64,000 nucleotides of DNA from positions 2,255,007 through 2,319,006 of the forward strand of contig OY762428.1 of NCBI GenBank assembly GCA_963665665.1, given 5' to 3'. Every line of letters starts with the position of its first letter. Position 1 is the stretch's first letter. Under the pieces are notes generated by a model. It was given only the letters and a program-made list of their open reading frames with translations, ran no database searches and had not been told where the DNA came from. The stretch is from Candidatus Kapaibacterium sp. Its GTDB lineage: Bacteria > Bacteroidota > Ignavibacteria > Kapaibacteriales > UBA2268. A program made the translations under genes and the position numbers. This document shows, one piece after another, positions 20,534 through 31,193 of the stretch.

Positions 20534-22753
20534 ATGCCGGACAGGATAACAAGCCTTCAATACTTTAAAGGAATCGGGCCGAGAAGAGCCGAAGCTCTCG
20601 CAGCCGAAGGCCTTATTACTCCCGGAGATTTGCTGACCAATTTCCCGAGGGCATATATTAACCGCAATGAAGTTCAATCGATAAAAAACCAAATAGCTAT
20701 ATTAAGAAATAATGACAGTTTTGATAAAGACAGTTCCCTCAGCGATTTTAAATTCCAGTCGGAAATAACTATTGTCGGGAAAATTATTACTACACAGGAA
20801 CATCAATTCGGAAAAAAGAGAAAGATGTTCAAACTAAAGCTCGGTGACGGAAGCGGGGCAGAGGCAAACATTGTTTTCTGGCAGGGGGTGGAATATTTCA
20901 AGCGTCGCTATCAGCAGGGCCAAACCCTTGTGGTAAGCGGCAAGCCCGATAAATTCGGTTATAATTTTATGGATTTCAGCCATCCGGAAATAGAGATAGT
21001 TGATCCGGAGGATATTCAGCTTTACTCACAGGGAAAGATATTACCCAAGTATAAAAGCAGTGAAAACCTGCAAAAAGCCGGGATTACTATGCGCCTGATG
21101 CGTATGATAATGGAAACCGTGGTTCGCCAGGAAATTAAATATGTCGGCGAAACAATGCCCGGATATATTATTGAAAAAAATAATTTCCCCAACCTCAGGG
21201 ATGCTGTTCAGAACCTGCATTTCCCCCGGAATGAAAAAATTCTTGCAGCATCGGTCAGGAGAATGAAATTCGAAGAAATATTTTATTTCGAGCTTTTCCT
21301 TGCGCACAGGCAGCGTGGCGTCAGGCTGACCGAAAGAGGCCCGGTTATGGACAAAAAAAGCCACAGCGCGAGAAAACTCTTTGACGCACTGCCATTTGAA
21401 CTGACAGGCGACCAGAAAAAAGTATTAAGGGAGATTGCCGCTGATATTAAAAGCGGTTCGGCAATGAACAGGCTGCTCCAGGGCGATGTGGGTTCAGGAA
21501 AAACAATTGTTGCCATCCTGGCTATGCTTATGGCTATCGACAACGGCTGCCAGGTAGCGCTTATGGCTCCTACAGAAATTCTGGCCGAGCAGCACTTTCA
21601 TTCCCTTGAAAAATTCCTTGAAGACTTTGACCTGAATATTGTTCAGCTTCTCGGAGGGCAGAGAGTAAAAGCAAGAAGGATGGCTCTCGAAAAAATCAGT
21701 TCCGGCGACGCCGATATCATTGTCGGTACCCATGCCATGTTCCAGGCAGAAGTGGAATACAACAGGCTGGGCCTTGTAGTAATCGATGAGCAGCACAGGT
21801 TCGGCGTGCAACAAAGAGCAGATATGAAAGAGCTTGGCAGCAAATCATTTCCCGATGAGAACCTTTTTCCCCACGTATTGGTGATGACTGCCACGCCTAT
21901 TCCAAGGACGCTTTCCATGACAGTTTACGGCGATTTGGATGTTTCGATAATCAAGCAGCTCCCAAAAAACCGTAAGCCGATAAAAACAAGAATATCTTAC
22001 GAGAAAGATATTGAATCGGTTTATTCTTTTATCCGATCGGAAATAGTTAAAGGCCGCCAGGCATATATTGTTTACCCGCTGGTGGAAAAATCCGACAAAC
22101 TTGAATTAAAAGCCGCCACCGACCATTACGAAAGGCTTAAAGAAGCGGTATTCCCGGATTTGAAAATCGGGCTGCTCCACGGCCAGATGTTCTGGTACGA
22201 GAAAGAAGATGCCATGAAAGCTTTCCTTGATAAGGAATATGATATTCTTGTGGCCACAACAGTTATTGAAGTGGGTATTGATGTGCCGAATGCATCAGTC
22301 ATGCTGATTGAAAATGCCGAGCGTTTCGGCCTTTCTCAATTGCATCAGCTTAGGGGGCGCGTTGGCAGGGGGCATGAGCAGTCATACTGCATACTGATGA
22401 CAAAGGATCATTTCCGCTACCAGGTAAAAAACAAAGCAAAAAAAGGTGATGACAGGTCCGCTTCGATAATCAGGCTGAAAACAATGGAGGAAACCACCGA
22501 CGGATTTAAAATTTCCGAGGCGGATATGCAGTTGCGCGGGCCCGGCGACGTGCTTGGCACCAGGCAGTCAGGCCTTCCTGAGTTTAAATACCTTGACCTG
22601 GTAAACGACGGGCCGCTGATAAGCGAAGCAAGAAAGCTGGCATTTGAGATTGTAGAAGACGACCCCGATCTGCTAAAACCGGAAAATAAAATCCTAAGGG
22701 AAGAATTCAGGGCGCGTTTCAGCGGACCGAATAATTATTATGACATAGCTTAA
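20534..22753 (+). CDS. recG: ATP-dependent DNA helicase RecG
   Basis: 739 aa with a wedge domain, the helicase motifs GDVGSGKT and DEQHRFG, and a C-terminal region typical of RecG. The N-terminal segment MPDRITSLQYFKGIGPRRAEALAAEG contains an HhH motif. Confidence 0.9.
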   Translation: MPDRITSLQYFKGIGPRRAEALAAEGLITPGDLLTNFPRAYINRNEVQSIKNQIAILRNNDSFDKDSSLSDFKFQSEITIVGKIITTQEHQFGKKRKMFKLKLGDGSGAEANIVFWQGVEYFKRRYQQGQTLVVSGKPDKFGYNFMDFSHPEIEIVDPEDIQLYSQGKILPKYKSSENLQKAGITMRLMRMIMETVVRQEIKYVGETMPGYIIEKNNFPNLRDAVQNLHFPRNEKILAASVRRMKFEEIFYFELFLAHRQRGVRLTERGPVMDKKSHSARKLFDALPFELTGDQKKVLREIAADIKSGSAMNRLLQGDVGSGKTIVAILAMLMAIDNGCQVALMAPTEILAEQHFHSLEKFLEDFDLNIVQLLGGQRVKARRMALEKISSGDADIIVGTHAMFQAEVEYNRLGLVVIDEQHRFGVQQRADMKELGSKSFPDENLFPHVLVMTATPIPRTLSMTVYGDLDVSIIKQLPKNRKPIKTRISYEKDIESVYSFIRSEIVKGRQAYIVYPLVEKSDKLELKAATDHYERLKEAVFPDLKIGLLHGQMFWYEKEDAMKAFLDKEYDILVATTVIEVGIDVPNASVMLIENAERFGLSQLHQLRGRVGRGHEQSYCILMTKDHFRYQVKNKAKKGDDRSASIIRLKTMEETTDGFKISEADMQLRGPGDVLGTRQSGLPEFKYLDLVNDGPLISEARKLAFEIVEDDPDLLKPENKILREEFRARFSGPNNYYDIA

Positions 22754-23043
22754 GTAAAGAAAATGGCAGATGCCAGGATGAAATTGAAATTAGATTTGAT
22801 TAGAAATGATCAATTTGTACCTTACAATATATTCGATTAATAATTCTCCTAAAGGATGGCTTTTGATTATGAAGAAAAGCATTATTGATAATTTATAAGG
22901 TTTTGTATAACCCCTCCCAGCCCTCAGCGAGGCGGAGAGCTAAGAGATTACACCTTCATCTGTAAGTGTTGGTGAAATTAGAAAAAAAGTAGCTACTCAG
23001 CTAAGATGATATTATTCTGCTTTGAAAAGAATAATTGAAAAAT

Positions 23044-23135
23044 CATCATTCTGATGGAGCGAAGCGACTGAAGAATCCACTTGTTGAAGTATAAAAATAT
23101 TAAGAATAGACTCTTCACTTCGTTCAGAGTGACAT
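23044..23135. repeat. inverted-repeat intergenic element (family copy A)
   Basis: tcattctgatggagcgaagcgactgaagaatcc ... gactcttcacttcgttcagagtgaca. The two roughly 30-bp arms are reverse complements of each other, separated by about 30 bp of AT-rich spacer. Confidence 0.5.
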
Positions 23136-23248
23136 TTTTTTATATTTTTTAAAACATTTAACATATTTTCCCTATATAATATGTAGTAACGAATAAAATA
23201 TCTGATAATATCATCAATTTTATAATTAAACTAAGCAGTAATAAGAAT

Positions 23249-24118
23249 ATGAAAACAAGCAAAGGCATTATTGGCGCAGGGCAACTTGGAAATGCATTGA
23301 TAAGGCATTTCATAGAAAAAAATGAAATTGAATGGGTGCTTGCCCGTAAAGGGAAATCTTTAGAAAGGCTAAGAAATATCGGCGACAATATTACAATTTT
23401 TAATAACATAAATGAGATCGATACAATCCCGGATATAATTATCGTTGCTGTTAATGACAAAGCTATCACTGAAGTCGATAAGCAATTAGCCAGAAAAGGA
23501 ATAACAGAAAAGTATATTTGTCATTCCAGCGGTTTTCTGGGTAGTGAAATCCTATGTGAATCCCGAAAAGCCGGCGCTAAAACTGCCTCGGTGCATCCCT
23601 ACCAGACTTTTTATAACTATCATCCCCATGTATTTAATGGTATTTCATGGGGAATGGATTGTCCGGGAGAAGATAAAACATTCTGGACTGCTTTTGTTGA
23701 AAGTACCGGCGGGAAAGCAATTTTTCCCGATTACAGCGATAAACACTCAAAAGCATTGTATCATTGTTCGGCTGTAGCCGCATCAAACTTTCTGACAGCC
23801 GTTATAAGCCTGTCATCGGAGATAGCCACTGCTGCAGGTATTGACCCCATGGACTTCGTACCTGCAATAACCAGGACTACTTTGCAGAATAATATTGATG
23901 CAATGAAGGAGAATACATTCCCCCTTTCCGGCCCAATCGCCCGGGGAGACAGGGATGCGGTTAAATTGCATATCGAGGGCCTGGAAAGTTTCCCCGAACT
24001 TCAAAAATCTTACGCCTTAACGGGGCTGGCCCTGGCTGAACTATCCAGGAAAAACGGGCTGCTCGATGAAGAAAAATATTATGGGATCTGTGAGTTGCTG
24101 CGTTTGTATTCTGAATAA
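23249..24118 (+). CDS. Rossmann-fold NAD(P)-binding protein, DUF2520-like
   Basis: N-terminal GxGxxG (IIGAGQLGNAL) and 289 aa overall. The architecture resembles the ProC-like, DUF2520-containing predicted oxidoreductases. Confidence 0.45.
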   Translation: MKTSKGIIGAGQLGNALIRHFIEKNEIEWVLARKGKSLERLRNIGDNITIFNNINEIDTIPDIIIVAVNDKAITEVDKQLARKGITEKYICHSSGFLGSEILCESRKAGAKTASVHPYQTFYNYHPHVFNGISWGMDCPGEDKTFWTAFVESTGGKAIFPDYSDKHSKALYHCSAVAASNFLTAVISLSSEIATAAGIDPMDFVPAITRTTLQNNIDAMKENTFPLSGPIARGDRDAVKLHIEGLESFPELQKSYALTGLALAELSRKNGLLDEEKYYGICELLRLYSE

Positions 24119-24121
24119 AAA

Positions 24122-24150
24122 ATCCCCTCTAACTACCGCAGGAGGGGATT
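24122..24150. terminator. hairpin ATCCCCTC...GAGGGGAT between convergent genes
   Basis: An 8-bp GC-rich stem between the 3' ends of the 23249 (+) and 24176 (-) genes. Confidence 0.55.
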
Positions 24151-24175
24151 TGTCGTTTATATTCTGAAAGAACTA

Positions 24176-25756
24176 TTATCTGATCACAACAAATTTGCCG
24201 CTGTAGGAGCGCTTGTTTGCAGTCATCCGGATAATATATGATCCTGATTTATTAATCCTGAATGGCATGTTGTAAATACCCGCGTTCATACTGCCGTTTT
24301 TAATATCCAATACTTTATAGCCCAGGAGGTCATGTACGCTGATCGAAACATTCGAAGCCTCGCGAAGCTCGAATGAGACAGTTCCTTCACCCGTGGGGCT
24401 GGGGCTTGGATATACTTTCAGTCCGGACCGGCCGCCTGCAACCGGGTCATTTACCGATACATCGCGGGGTTCCAGAACACCTATAGGCATATACTGCTCG
24501 CCAAAAACAGCCGCACTATCCTGTGGTTCAGCACCGAGCCATGTTTCCAGGAAATCCGTGTAGGTTCTGCGGTAATCAAACTGGTGGCGCACGTCGCCGT
24601 CCTCATCCAGGTCGTCCAGGTCAGGTTTTTCACCGTAATAACCGGCTTTCACGTGATCTCCGAAAACAAACTGCATGGAAGCTGCGCCGTGGTCAGTTCC
24701 ACGCGATCCGTTATCGTAAGCCCTGCGGCCAAATTCCGATGTTGTCATTCCTACAACTCTTTCCGACCATCCCTGCTGCACGGCATCGTCCATGAACTCG
24801 CATATTGCAGCGGCAGCCTGCTGCAGGAGTGTCGGGTGCTGGCCTTCGAAATCTTCGGTCATCTGCTGGGCATGTGAATCGAAATTACTAAGATTTACAT
24901 AATACACTTTGGATTGCAGGCCTCCGGCTATAAGCGCGGATATCATTTTAAATTTCTGTGGTAGCCCCTCACTGTAATTCACTTTGATTTTCTCAATTCC
25001 GGCATCGTAGGCTGCTTTTACTTTCTGCGAATAAAGTTCTGACTGCTGGGCTATTACTCTTGCGAAATTAAATTCGTTATCAAAAGCACTGTCGCCTGTC
25101 ATAATAGGTTCAACCGGAGTCAATCCCTGTCCAAGTTCGTAGAATTTATCCGGATCGGTAAGTGCTATGCCCATGTGTCCCTTATCGCTTTTGAATGTAA
25201 GCGACAGCGAGCCGTCAATATTCACTGCTATCGGATCCTCGGGTATTTCCTGGGGATAATTTTCAAGCATATTTGCGAAATATCTTCCCAGCCAGCCCTC
25301 GTTCAGGTTCACGCTGTTGTTTGAATTATTTATACCACTCAGCCAAATATCCTGGGATCGAAAATGCGAAAGATTGGGATTAACATATCCAACTCCTTCG
25401 ATAATGGCAAGCCTGCCGTCTTCAAGAAGGCGCATCATCCCGCCGTTGTGTATCCCGTCAACGATGGATTTATTCATGTAAACATCCGAAGTCTGGAAAC
25501 GTCTTGTTTCGGCTTCGGGATAGGCAAGCGTAGGCCTGAGGTTGTAATAAGTATCGTTATACACCGGAACAATTGTGTTCAGCCCGTCATTTCCGCCGAA
25601 AAGTTCCAGTATTATCATGATATTATCATTTTCGTTATTTAATATCCTGTCGTTCGGGACGGTTGAAAATATCGGTTTCCCCTTAAGGAATGCCGGGGCA
25701 ACTGCCGCTCCGGCTGTAGCAACTGCTGTGCTTTTAATAAATTGTCTTCTTTTCAT
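24176..25756 (-). CDS. DUF1501 (sulfatase-like) protein with Tat signal and T9SS C-terminal sorting domain
   Basis: Twin-arginine motif MKRRQFIKSTAVATAGAAV; the central region is DUF1501-like. The last roughly 80 aa (VYPSPSPTGEGTVSFEL...GSYIIRMTANKRSYSGKFVVIR) form a Por/T9SS C-terminal domain. Confidence 0.7.
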   Translation of the reverse strand: MKRRQFIKSTAVATAGAAVAPAFLKGKPIFSTVPNDRILNNENDNIMIILELFGGNDGLNTIVPVYNDTYYNLRPTLAYPEAETRRFQTSDVYMNKSIVDGIHNGGMMRLLEDGRLAIIEGVGYVNPNLSHFRSQDIWLSGINNSNNSVNLNEGWLGRYFANMLENYPQEIPEDPIAVNIDGSLSLTFKSDKGHMGIALTDPDKFYELGQGLTPVEPIMTGDSAFDNEFNFARVIAQQSELYSQKVKAAYDAGIEKIKVNYSEGLPQKFKMISALIAGGLQSKVYYVNLSNFDSHAQQMTEDFEGQHPTLLQQAAAAICEFMDDAVQQGWSERVVGMTTSEFGRRAYDNGSRGTDHGAASMQFVFGDHVKAGYYGEKPDLDDLDEDGDVRHQFDYRRTYTDFLETWLGAEPQDSAAVFGEQYMPIGVLEPRDVSVNDPVAGGRSGLKVYPSPSPTGEGTVSFELREASNVSISVHDLLGYKVLDIKNGSMNAGIYNMPFRINKSGSYIIRMTANKRSYSGKFVVIR

Positions 25757-25766
25757 ATCGTCCCCC

Positions 25767-27380
25767 TTATATTAACTGAAAATCAGGTGAAGTAATAAAA
25801 GAGTGAATTAATTCTCTGATCGCCGTGGCAACCGCTTCGTTTTCAGCCGCGAGTTCCGCGCCCCATGCAGATTCGTCAATTCCTGATTTTTCAAGAATCA
25901 GGGCTTTATACCTTGCAGTTCTTGTTGCGTCAATTGGATTTGGCAGGAAATATTCAGTTATGCTGGAAACGAAAGTATCGATATTATCGGAACCGGGGAA
26001 TTTATTCGCGAGAGCAAAAATTTTATCATTTCCGGCAAGATCAATAATTTCTCCGGCATATTTTGCCCTTAGCGGGAATGTGGTCGTACTTATCCATGTA
26101 CGGTAGCCCTTCCAGCTTCCCACATTTGGCGGATCGTAAAGCACCTGTTCCAGATCGAATATTGCCTGGCGGGATTCGCTGTATTCCACATTAAGCATCT
26201 TTTGCAGGCCGATAATGAATTCAGGCGGCCTCTTGAATTGAATACCCATATTGGCTTCGTCAAAGAAATGCTGGCTGGCAAATAATTTTACAAACATCGG
26301 GCGTACATCATGCTCGTTGTGGATGAAAACATCTGCCAGTTCGTCGATTATATCCGCGTCAATTGCGTCCGGGTTGGAATACACAAAATACCTGTACATT
26401 TTATTTGCAATGAAGCGACCAATCGACCTTTCCCGGTTTCGGAACATAATATCGATTATTCCTTCACGCAGTTCTTCTTTTCTTACCAGGTCTTCGGTAT
26501 TGGACATTTCATACCTGGGTGGAATTGTTTCACCCATGTAGCTTTTTGCTTCAATAATATGATCATTAGGGGAGAAGTATGTTTCGAAATATCCGTTCGG
26601 ATGCGGTTCGCCATAGTAAGCGGCAGTACGCCATCCCGTAAGGGCTTTTGTACCCTCGCGGATATCGCCCTCTGTATAATTTCTGTCGCCGGTAAGTACA
26701 TCGCCCGTGCCCATGGTGAACAGTTCCATCATCTCGCGCATATAGTTTTCATTGGCAATATTCCTGTTGCTATAGAAAAGGCTCTGGTACATCAGCATAG
26801 CACCGTCCAGAGTTATGGCTTCTGCAATTTCTTTGTAATTACCCATTCTGAGTTGCCTCAGGGTTTGATTGTTTCTTATCAGCAGGCCCGGGGGCAATAG
26901 CGCCAGGGTATCATAAGTAAATTCGATTGTCCAGATAGTTGACCAGAAGAGGGTTAGTTTTTCCATGGAGGACAGCCCCTCCTGTCTCATAAGGCCTATC
27001 CACCAGTCAATAAATTCTTTATATGCAGTTTTTATCCTTCCTTCTATTTCAAAGCGGATATCAACTGATCCGGTTGTCAGCGGATTTTCCTCGGGTGTTG
27101 TTACCCAGGATTTTTCCGGGAATTCCGGCATCGCCTGCGAGCCGTCACCAAGAATCATTTCCACTGCTTCGCGGGCAGTCTTGCCGGTAATTGTATCAAT
27201 TTCCTCAGGTGTTGGCACGAAAGTCAACCTGCGAAGCAGGTGCGCTGCCTGCCTGCGGGAAAGGGGGCCTGCCTGTTCGTCGAGAGACTGAATCATGTCT
27301 CCCCGTTTCTTTGGCGAACCCTGCGGAGCTTTGAAAGCTGCCCCGGGTGAAAAACTTGTTATAAAGTCGCGACGATCCAT
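25767..27380 (-). CDS. DUF1800 family protein
   Basis: 537 aa with a Tat-like N-terminus MDRRDFITS. It is the typical genomic partner of DUF1501 in Planctomycetes and Bacteroidota. Confidence 0.65.
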   Translation of the reverse strand: MDRRDFITSFSPGAAFKAPQGSPKKRGDMIQSLDEQAGPLSRRQAAHLLRRLTFVPTPEEIDTITGKTAREAVEMILGDGSQAMPEFPEKSWVTTPEENPLTTGSVDIRFEIEGRIKTAYKEFIDWWIGLMRQEGLSSMEKLTLFWSTIWTIEFTYDTLALLPPGLLIRNNQTLRQLRMGNYKEIAEAITLDGAMLMYQSLFYSNRNIANENYMREMMELFTMGTGDVLTGDRNYTEGDIREGTKALTGWRTAAYYGEPHPNGYFETYFSPNDHIIEAKSYMGETIPPRYEMSNTEDLVRKEELREGIIDIMFRNRERSIGRFIANKMYRYFVYSNPDAIDADIIDELADVFIHNEHDVRPMFVKLFASQHFFDEANMGIQFKRPPEFIIGLQKMLNVEYSESRQAIFDLEQVLYDPPNVGSWKGYRTWISTTTFPLRAKYAGEIIDLAGNDKIFALANKFPGSDNIDTFVSSITEYFLPNPIDATRTARYKALILEKSGIDESAWGAELAAENEAVATAIRELIHSFITSPDFQLI

Positions 27381-27405
27381 AATGTGTTCCTGTAATTGTG
27401 ATGAA

Positions 27406-29382
27406 TTATTCTATCGGAGTTTTAACTTCAATTAATACGGTACGGCAGTAAAAACGCCCTTCCGGCAGCGTGTTGTCGTATAATAATTTGTCTGGCCCCG
27501 TACCGCTTACTTTGTCTACTTCTACATCAGGATTTATCGACTTGATATAATCCCTGACATTTATTGCCCTGTCCAGCGAAAGGCGCATATTGTACCTGTA
27601 TTCGCCCAGCCTGTCGGTTGAGCCGGTAATATTTACCTTTGAATTATTCTTAATAGCGCTTCTTACAAAATCATTTATCATCTTTGTGTTAAAATCAGAA
27701 ATCAAAGATCTGTCAAAATCAAATACTATCAGATTCAGGCGGCCAATCTCAAAATTATCCCTGTTTTTTGTAATATTGATAAGCTCGGAAGATATTTCCA
27801 TTCCGCCGTCCTGATGATAAACAGTCAGTTCCGCCTCAAGAGGTTTATTTTTTTCAGCTGCATCGGTAATTATCTTTTCCAGTTGATAATCGGAAGGAAT
27901 TGTCAGAGTTTCCGGTGCGCCTTCGCCACTAACTTTCTTAACCATTTCATCATTATATCTTAGCCTCAGCTCATAATTCCTGACATGTTTCGGTTCTTTG
28001 ATATCAATTTTCAGTTCAAGGGGTTTTTCGAGCGGAGTGTATTCAAGAAATCGCGAATGGATTACCGGTGCCAGAAGCCTGGGATTATCAGAGTACAATT
28101 CCAGACGCCTGTTCTCGTCAAATCCTTCGCTATATTCAGTACTTGTTGGCAGGTTAGGTTTGTCTGATTTATTGATAATAAACCTGTCCCTGTCAATATC
28201 CCAGCGATTCGCGATCAATCCGGCAAAGTTGCGCGCCCTTTGGCCGGCAAGATTCAGCCTGTCTTCTCTTTCAGGAAGCTCTTCGCCGTCGGTAACTCCG
28301 TTTATTGTTAAAACGGCTTCGGGATTTTCTTTCATCCTGGAGCCGATAATATCAATAATTGAATAATATATATCCAGGGTTTCATTCGGGAGATTATTCT
28401 CGCTGAATTCGTCAACATCTCCACCCGGTAAATATATATCTTTCATATCATGTGAAGCGCTGTCGAAAAACACATAGGGCAGTATAGGATATGCCCTGGT
28501 AACTATTGTTTCCCTTATCTCAACGGGTTCCGGTTTTATCAATGCAATAATCGGATCCCTGACCGGCGCAGGTTCATCCATATCATCATATCTGTTTTTA
28601 TATTCAAATTCATAGTCTGGCTTTTCCTTTCCGCCCGGATTGTATGCCAGGGATACAGTAAATCGGAGAAGGCTGTTCTTCCAGTCACTTTCTTTCATCA
28701 CTGAGTTTAACCCGTACCTGTATTCCACTCCCGGAAGAAGCGATATGTTTTCATTCAAACGGACTTTCCATTCAGCCCCGGCAAGCAGTCCAAGATTTGT
28801 TTGCGACTGAATCTCACCTTCGCCAACTGTTTGCTGAAATGTACCGTTTTCATACCTCACGGATAATGGCGATTTAATTTTTTCAGTATTTGTAAATTCT
28901 GAAGAGAAGAAAGGCTCGGCAATATCAATACCCGCCCTAAAGTACAGAGGCAAAGATGACAGAGGTTTCAGCTTCGCGTTCAAAGCAAGCGCAAAAACAG
29001 CGATTTGGGCATCGAAATTATGCTCCCGGATGAAAGGAACATACTCGTCTTTTTCAGGATCCAGAACCTCAGAGCACTGCGACTCACCGCTTAGCGAAGC
29101 AGGACGGTAATCATAGCTCAGCCGACCCTCGATGAAAAGAAATTTCGGCATAATTTCATATCCGCCGATAAGTCCGGCGAACCAGCTTATATCTTCGCCG
29201 TTACCGTAACTGCCGCAAAGGCTGTTATTCGGAAAATAAGGAATAGTGCTTTCATTCCATATCATTCCGGCTCCTGCGCTGATGCCAATATAATAAGGTT
29301 CTTTCTCCTCATTTGGGAAAACAGGGAAAGTAATAAACAGATAAATTGTAAGGAAAATTAAAACCCGGTAAATATATCTCAT
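27406..29382 (-). CDS. OmpA-family outer-membrane protein
   Basis: Signal peptide, a large beta-rich N-terminal region and a C-terminal OmpA-like peptidoglycan-binding domain (NITGSTDRLGEYRYNMRLSLDRAINVRDY). Confidence 0.75.
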   Translation of the reverse strand: MRYIYRVLIFLTIYLFITFPVFPNEEKEPYYIGISAGAGMIWNESTIPYFPNNSLCGSYGNGEDISWFAGLIGGYEIMPKFLFIEGRLSYDYRPASLSGESQCSEVLDPEKDEYVPFIREHNFDAQIAVFALALNAKLKPLSSLPLYFRAGIDIAEPFFSSEFTNTEKIKSPLSVRYENGTFQQTVGEGEIQSQTNLGLLAGAEWKVRLNENISLLPGVEYRYGLNSVMKESDWKNSLLRFTVSLAYNPGGKEKPDYEFEYKNRYDDMDEPAPVRDPIIALIKPEPVEIRETIVTRAYPILPYVFFDSASHDMKDIYLPGGDVDEFSENNLPNETLDIYYSIIDIIGSRMKENPEAVLTINGVTDGEELPEREDRLNLAGQRARNFAGLIANRWDIDRDRFIINKSDKPNLPTSTEYSEGFDENRRLELYSDNPRLLAPVIHSRFLEYTPLEKPLELKIDIKEPKHVRNYELRLRYNDEMVKKVSGEGAPETLTIPSDYQLEKIITDAAEKNKPLEAELTVYHQDGGMEISSELINITKNRDNFEIGRLNLIVFDFDRSLISDFNTKMINDFVRSAIKNNSKVNITGSTDRLGEYRYNMRLSLDRAINVRDYIKSINPDVEVDKVSGTGPDKLLYDNTLPEGRFYCRTVLIEVKTPIE

Positions 29383-29796
29383 AATTTATTTATGTTATCG
29401 GGGTATTCTACATTCCGAATGATGGTGATTTTGTCATGCTTTGTGTCAGATCTCCGCTCTAAGTCTCAGTCTTTCCTTTTTCAGCTCCCGGTGAAAAAAA
29501 GTTAATTAAAAGTATAATTAGAGACTTGCTTTACGCCTAAATATTTTAGGCAGGGTGAAAAATTTTAAGCCACAGAGGGAAAGACTGCATTCCACTTACC
29601 GCAGTAAGCCAGAGTGTTTTATTCTCCGGCTTTGCAGCACTTAATCAGCCTGACCAACTTCCTATCGCTTCGCTTATGAAATTTGAATATCACTTTTTAA
29701 TAATTTCTTGATTGGCAGGCCGCCAAAACCTTCCGATATAAATAACTTTTCTTTATATTGTCCGTATAAAATAGATCTAATACAGAATGAGTTTTT

Positions 29797-30900
29797 ATGG
29801 CGGGAACGAATAATTTCAGAAAAAAAGAACCGGGTATCAGGGAAACTTTACAGGATGACCTGAACAGCGGTGATTTCTTTAAGAACCTGAAACGCGAATG
29901 GGCCGAACTGAAAGAATTCTTTATTGATGATGACAGACGGGAACAGCTAAAAACGATGGGCGGGTTCAAAAAATTCTTCGTTTTGCCATTCTGGCTGCTG
30001 AAAAGCCTTTTTCTGAAAATGAATACTGTTCGAAGAATGCTTTTCATTTTCAGCATTGTACTTATGTTCCTGACAGTAAAAATTGGAAACAGCAATTCTG
30101 AACCCAATATGGATTTCAATCTGTTTGCAGCTTTTGTACTGATATTTATTCTTATGCTGGAACTTAAGGACAAACTACTGGCTAAAAGTGAACTACGCGA
30201 AGGACGCTCAGTTCAGGAGGCCATGATGCCCGAGGAGAATCCTGCTATCAGTGGCTGGGACATTTTTCTGTACTCCAGGCCTGCAAATGATGTTGGCGGC
30301 GACATGGTGGACTACCTGAGGCTTGGCGAAAAAAGGAATTACATAGCCCTCGGGGATGTTTCCGGCAAAGGCCTTGGGGCAGCGCTGTTTATGGTGAAAT
30401 TACAATCCACACTCAGGGCTATGGCAAACGAGATAACTTCCCCAGCAGAAATTTGCGACAGGGTAAACTCCATTTTCCATAGGGATAAAACTTCTAAAAG
30501 CTTTGCATCGCTTGTTTATGTAGAAGTAGAAGACAATTCAGACAAACTCAAAATTGTTAATGCAGGCCACATGCCCCCAAAAATTCTCAGTGATGAAATA
30601 AAAGAAACTAAAACAAAAGGTATGCCGGCAATAGGCCTGATGAAAAAACCTCCGTACAGCGAAGAAATAATTAGTTTTAACTCCGGTGATGCAATGATAA
30701 TTTATTCAGACGGAGTAACGGAAGCAAGAAACCCTTGGGGAGATTTCCTCGGGGAAGATAAGTTCGAGACATTTCTCGGCAAGATAAAACATCAGAATGC
30801 TTCTATGATGGGCAAAAGACTTCTTGCCGAATTAGAATATTTCATAGACGATGCCAGTCAGTCTGATGATATTTCAATAGCAATATTAAAGAAAGAATAA
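29797..30900 (+). CDS. PP2C-family (SpoIIE/RsbU-like) serine phosphatase with membrane anchor
   Basis: Two TM helices are followed by a PP2C domain: DVGGDMVDY...ALGDVSGKGLGAALFM...DGVTEA...DDISIAIL. Confidence 0.8.
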   Translation: MAGTNNFRKKEPGIRETLQDDLNSGDFFKNLKREWAELKEFFIDDDRREQLKTMGGFKKFFVLPFWLLKSLFLKMNTVRRMLFIFSIVLMFLTVKIGNSNSEPNMDFNLFAAFVLIFILMLELKDKLLAKSELREGRSVQEAMMPEENPAISGWDIFLYSRPANDVGGDMVDYLRLGEKRNYIALGDVSGKGLGAALFMVKLQSTLRAMANEITSPAEICDRVNSIFHRDKTSKSFASLVYVEVEDNSDKLKIVNAGHMPPKILSDEIKETKTKGMPAIGLMKKPPYSEEIISFNSGDAMIIYSDGVTEARNPWGDFLGEDKFETFLGKIKHQNASMMGKRLLAELEYFIDDASQSDDISIAILKKE

Positions 30901-31086
30901 TTTCCTCTTTCAAATTTTCCCGTCCGGTTCTTATTATTATAAAGTTCGTTGCGGTAAGCAGCTCATGAACGGCCGTTTTATAGTAAGGAAGTAAAGTGTT
31001 GCAACCTGAGGGTTAACCATCAGATTTTGGATAGCATCACTCGTCCGGCGATTTTAATTGCCTGATTTTAGTTTAAAATAACAAGA

Positions 31087-31110
31087 ACCGCCCGGGGAAG
31101 GCGGCTCTTT
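31087..31110 (-). terminator. terminator of flotillin operon
   Basis: Hairpin AACCGCCCGGGGAAGGCGGCTCTT; on the minus strand it is followed by TTGTTATTTT. Confidence 0.55.
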
Positions 31111-31193
31111 ATGGGTTTAGGGTTAGTTTGTCAGATTCATCACATCTTTAAAAACGATGTATGGCTAATTATATTGTTAGGTGTTGCAAATAT

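Noticed and set aside
29383-29796. Possible ncRNA in the 414-bp divergent region between OmpA and the PP2C phosphatase (small hairpins such as CGCCTAAAtattTTAGGCAG)
   Set aside because: There is no recognisable riboswitch or sRNA consensus. It is most simply a divergent promoter region, and I have no expression data to go further.
29697-30173. 158-aa minus-strand ORF overlapping the PP2C phosphatase start
   Set aside because: It overlaps a gene with clear PP2C motifs on the other strand and has no motifs or start-site support.
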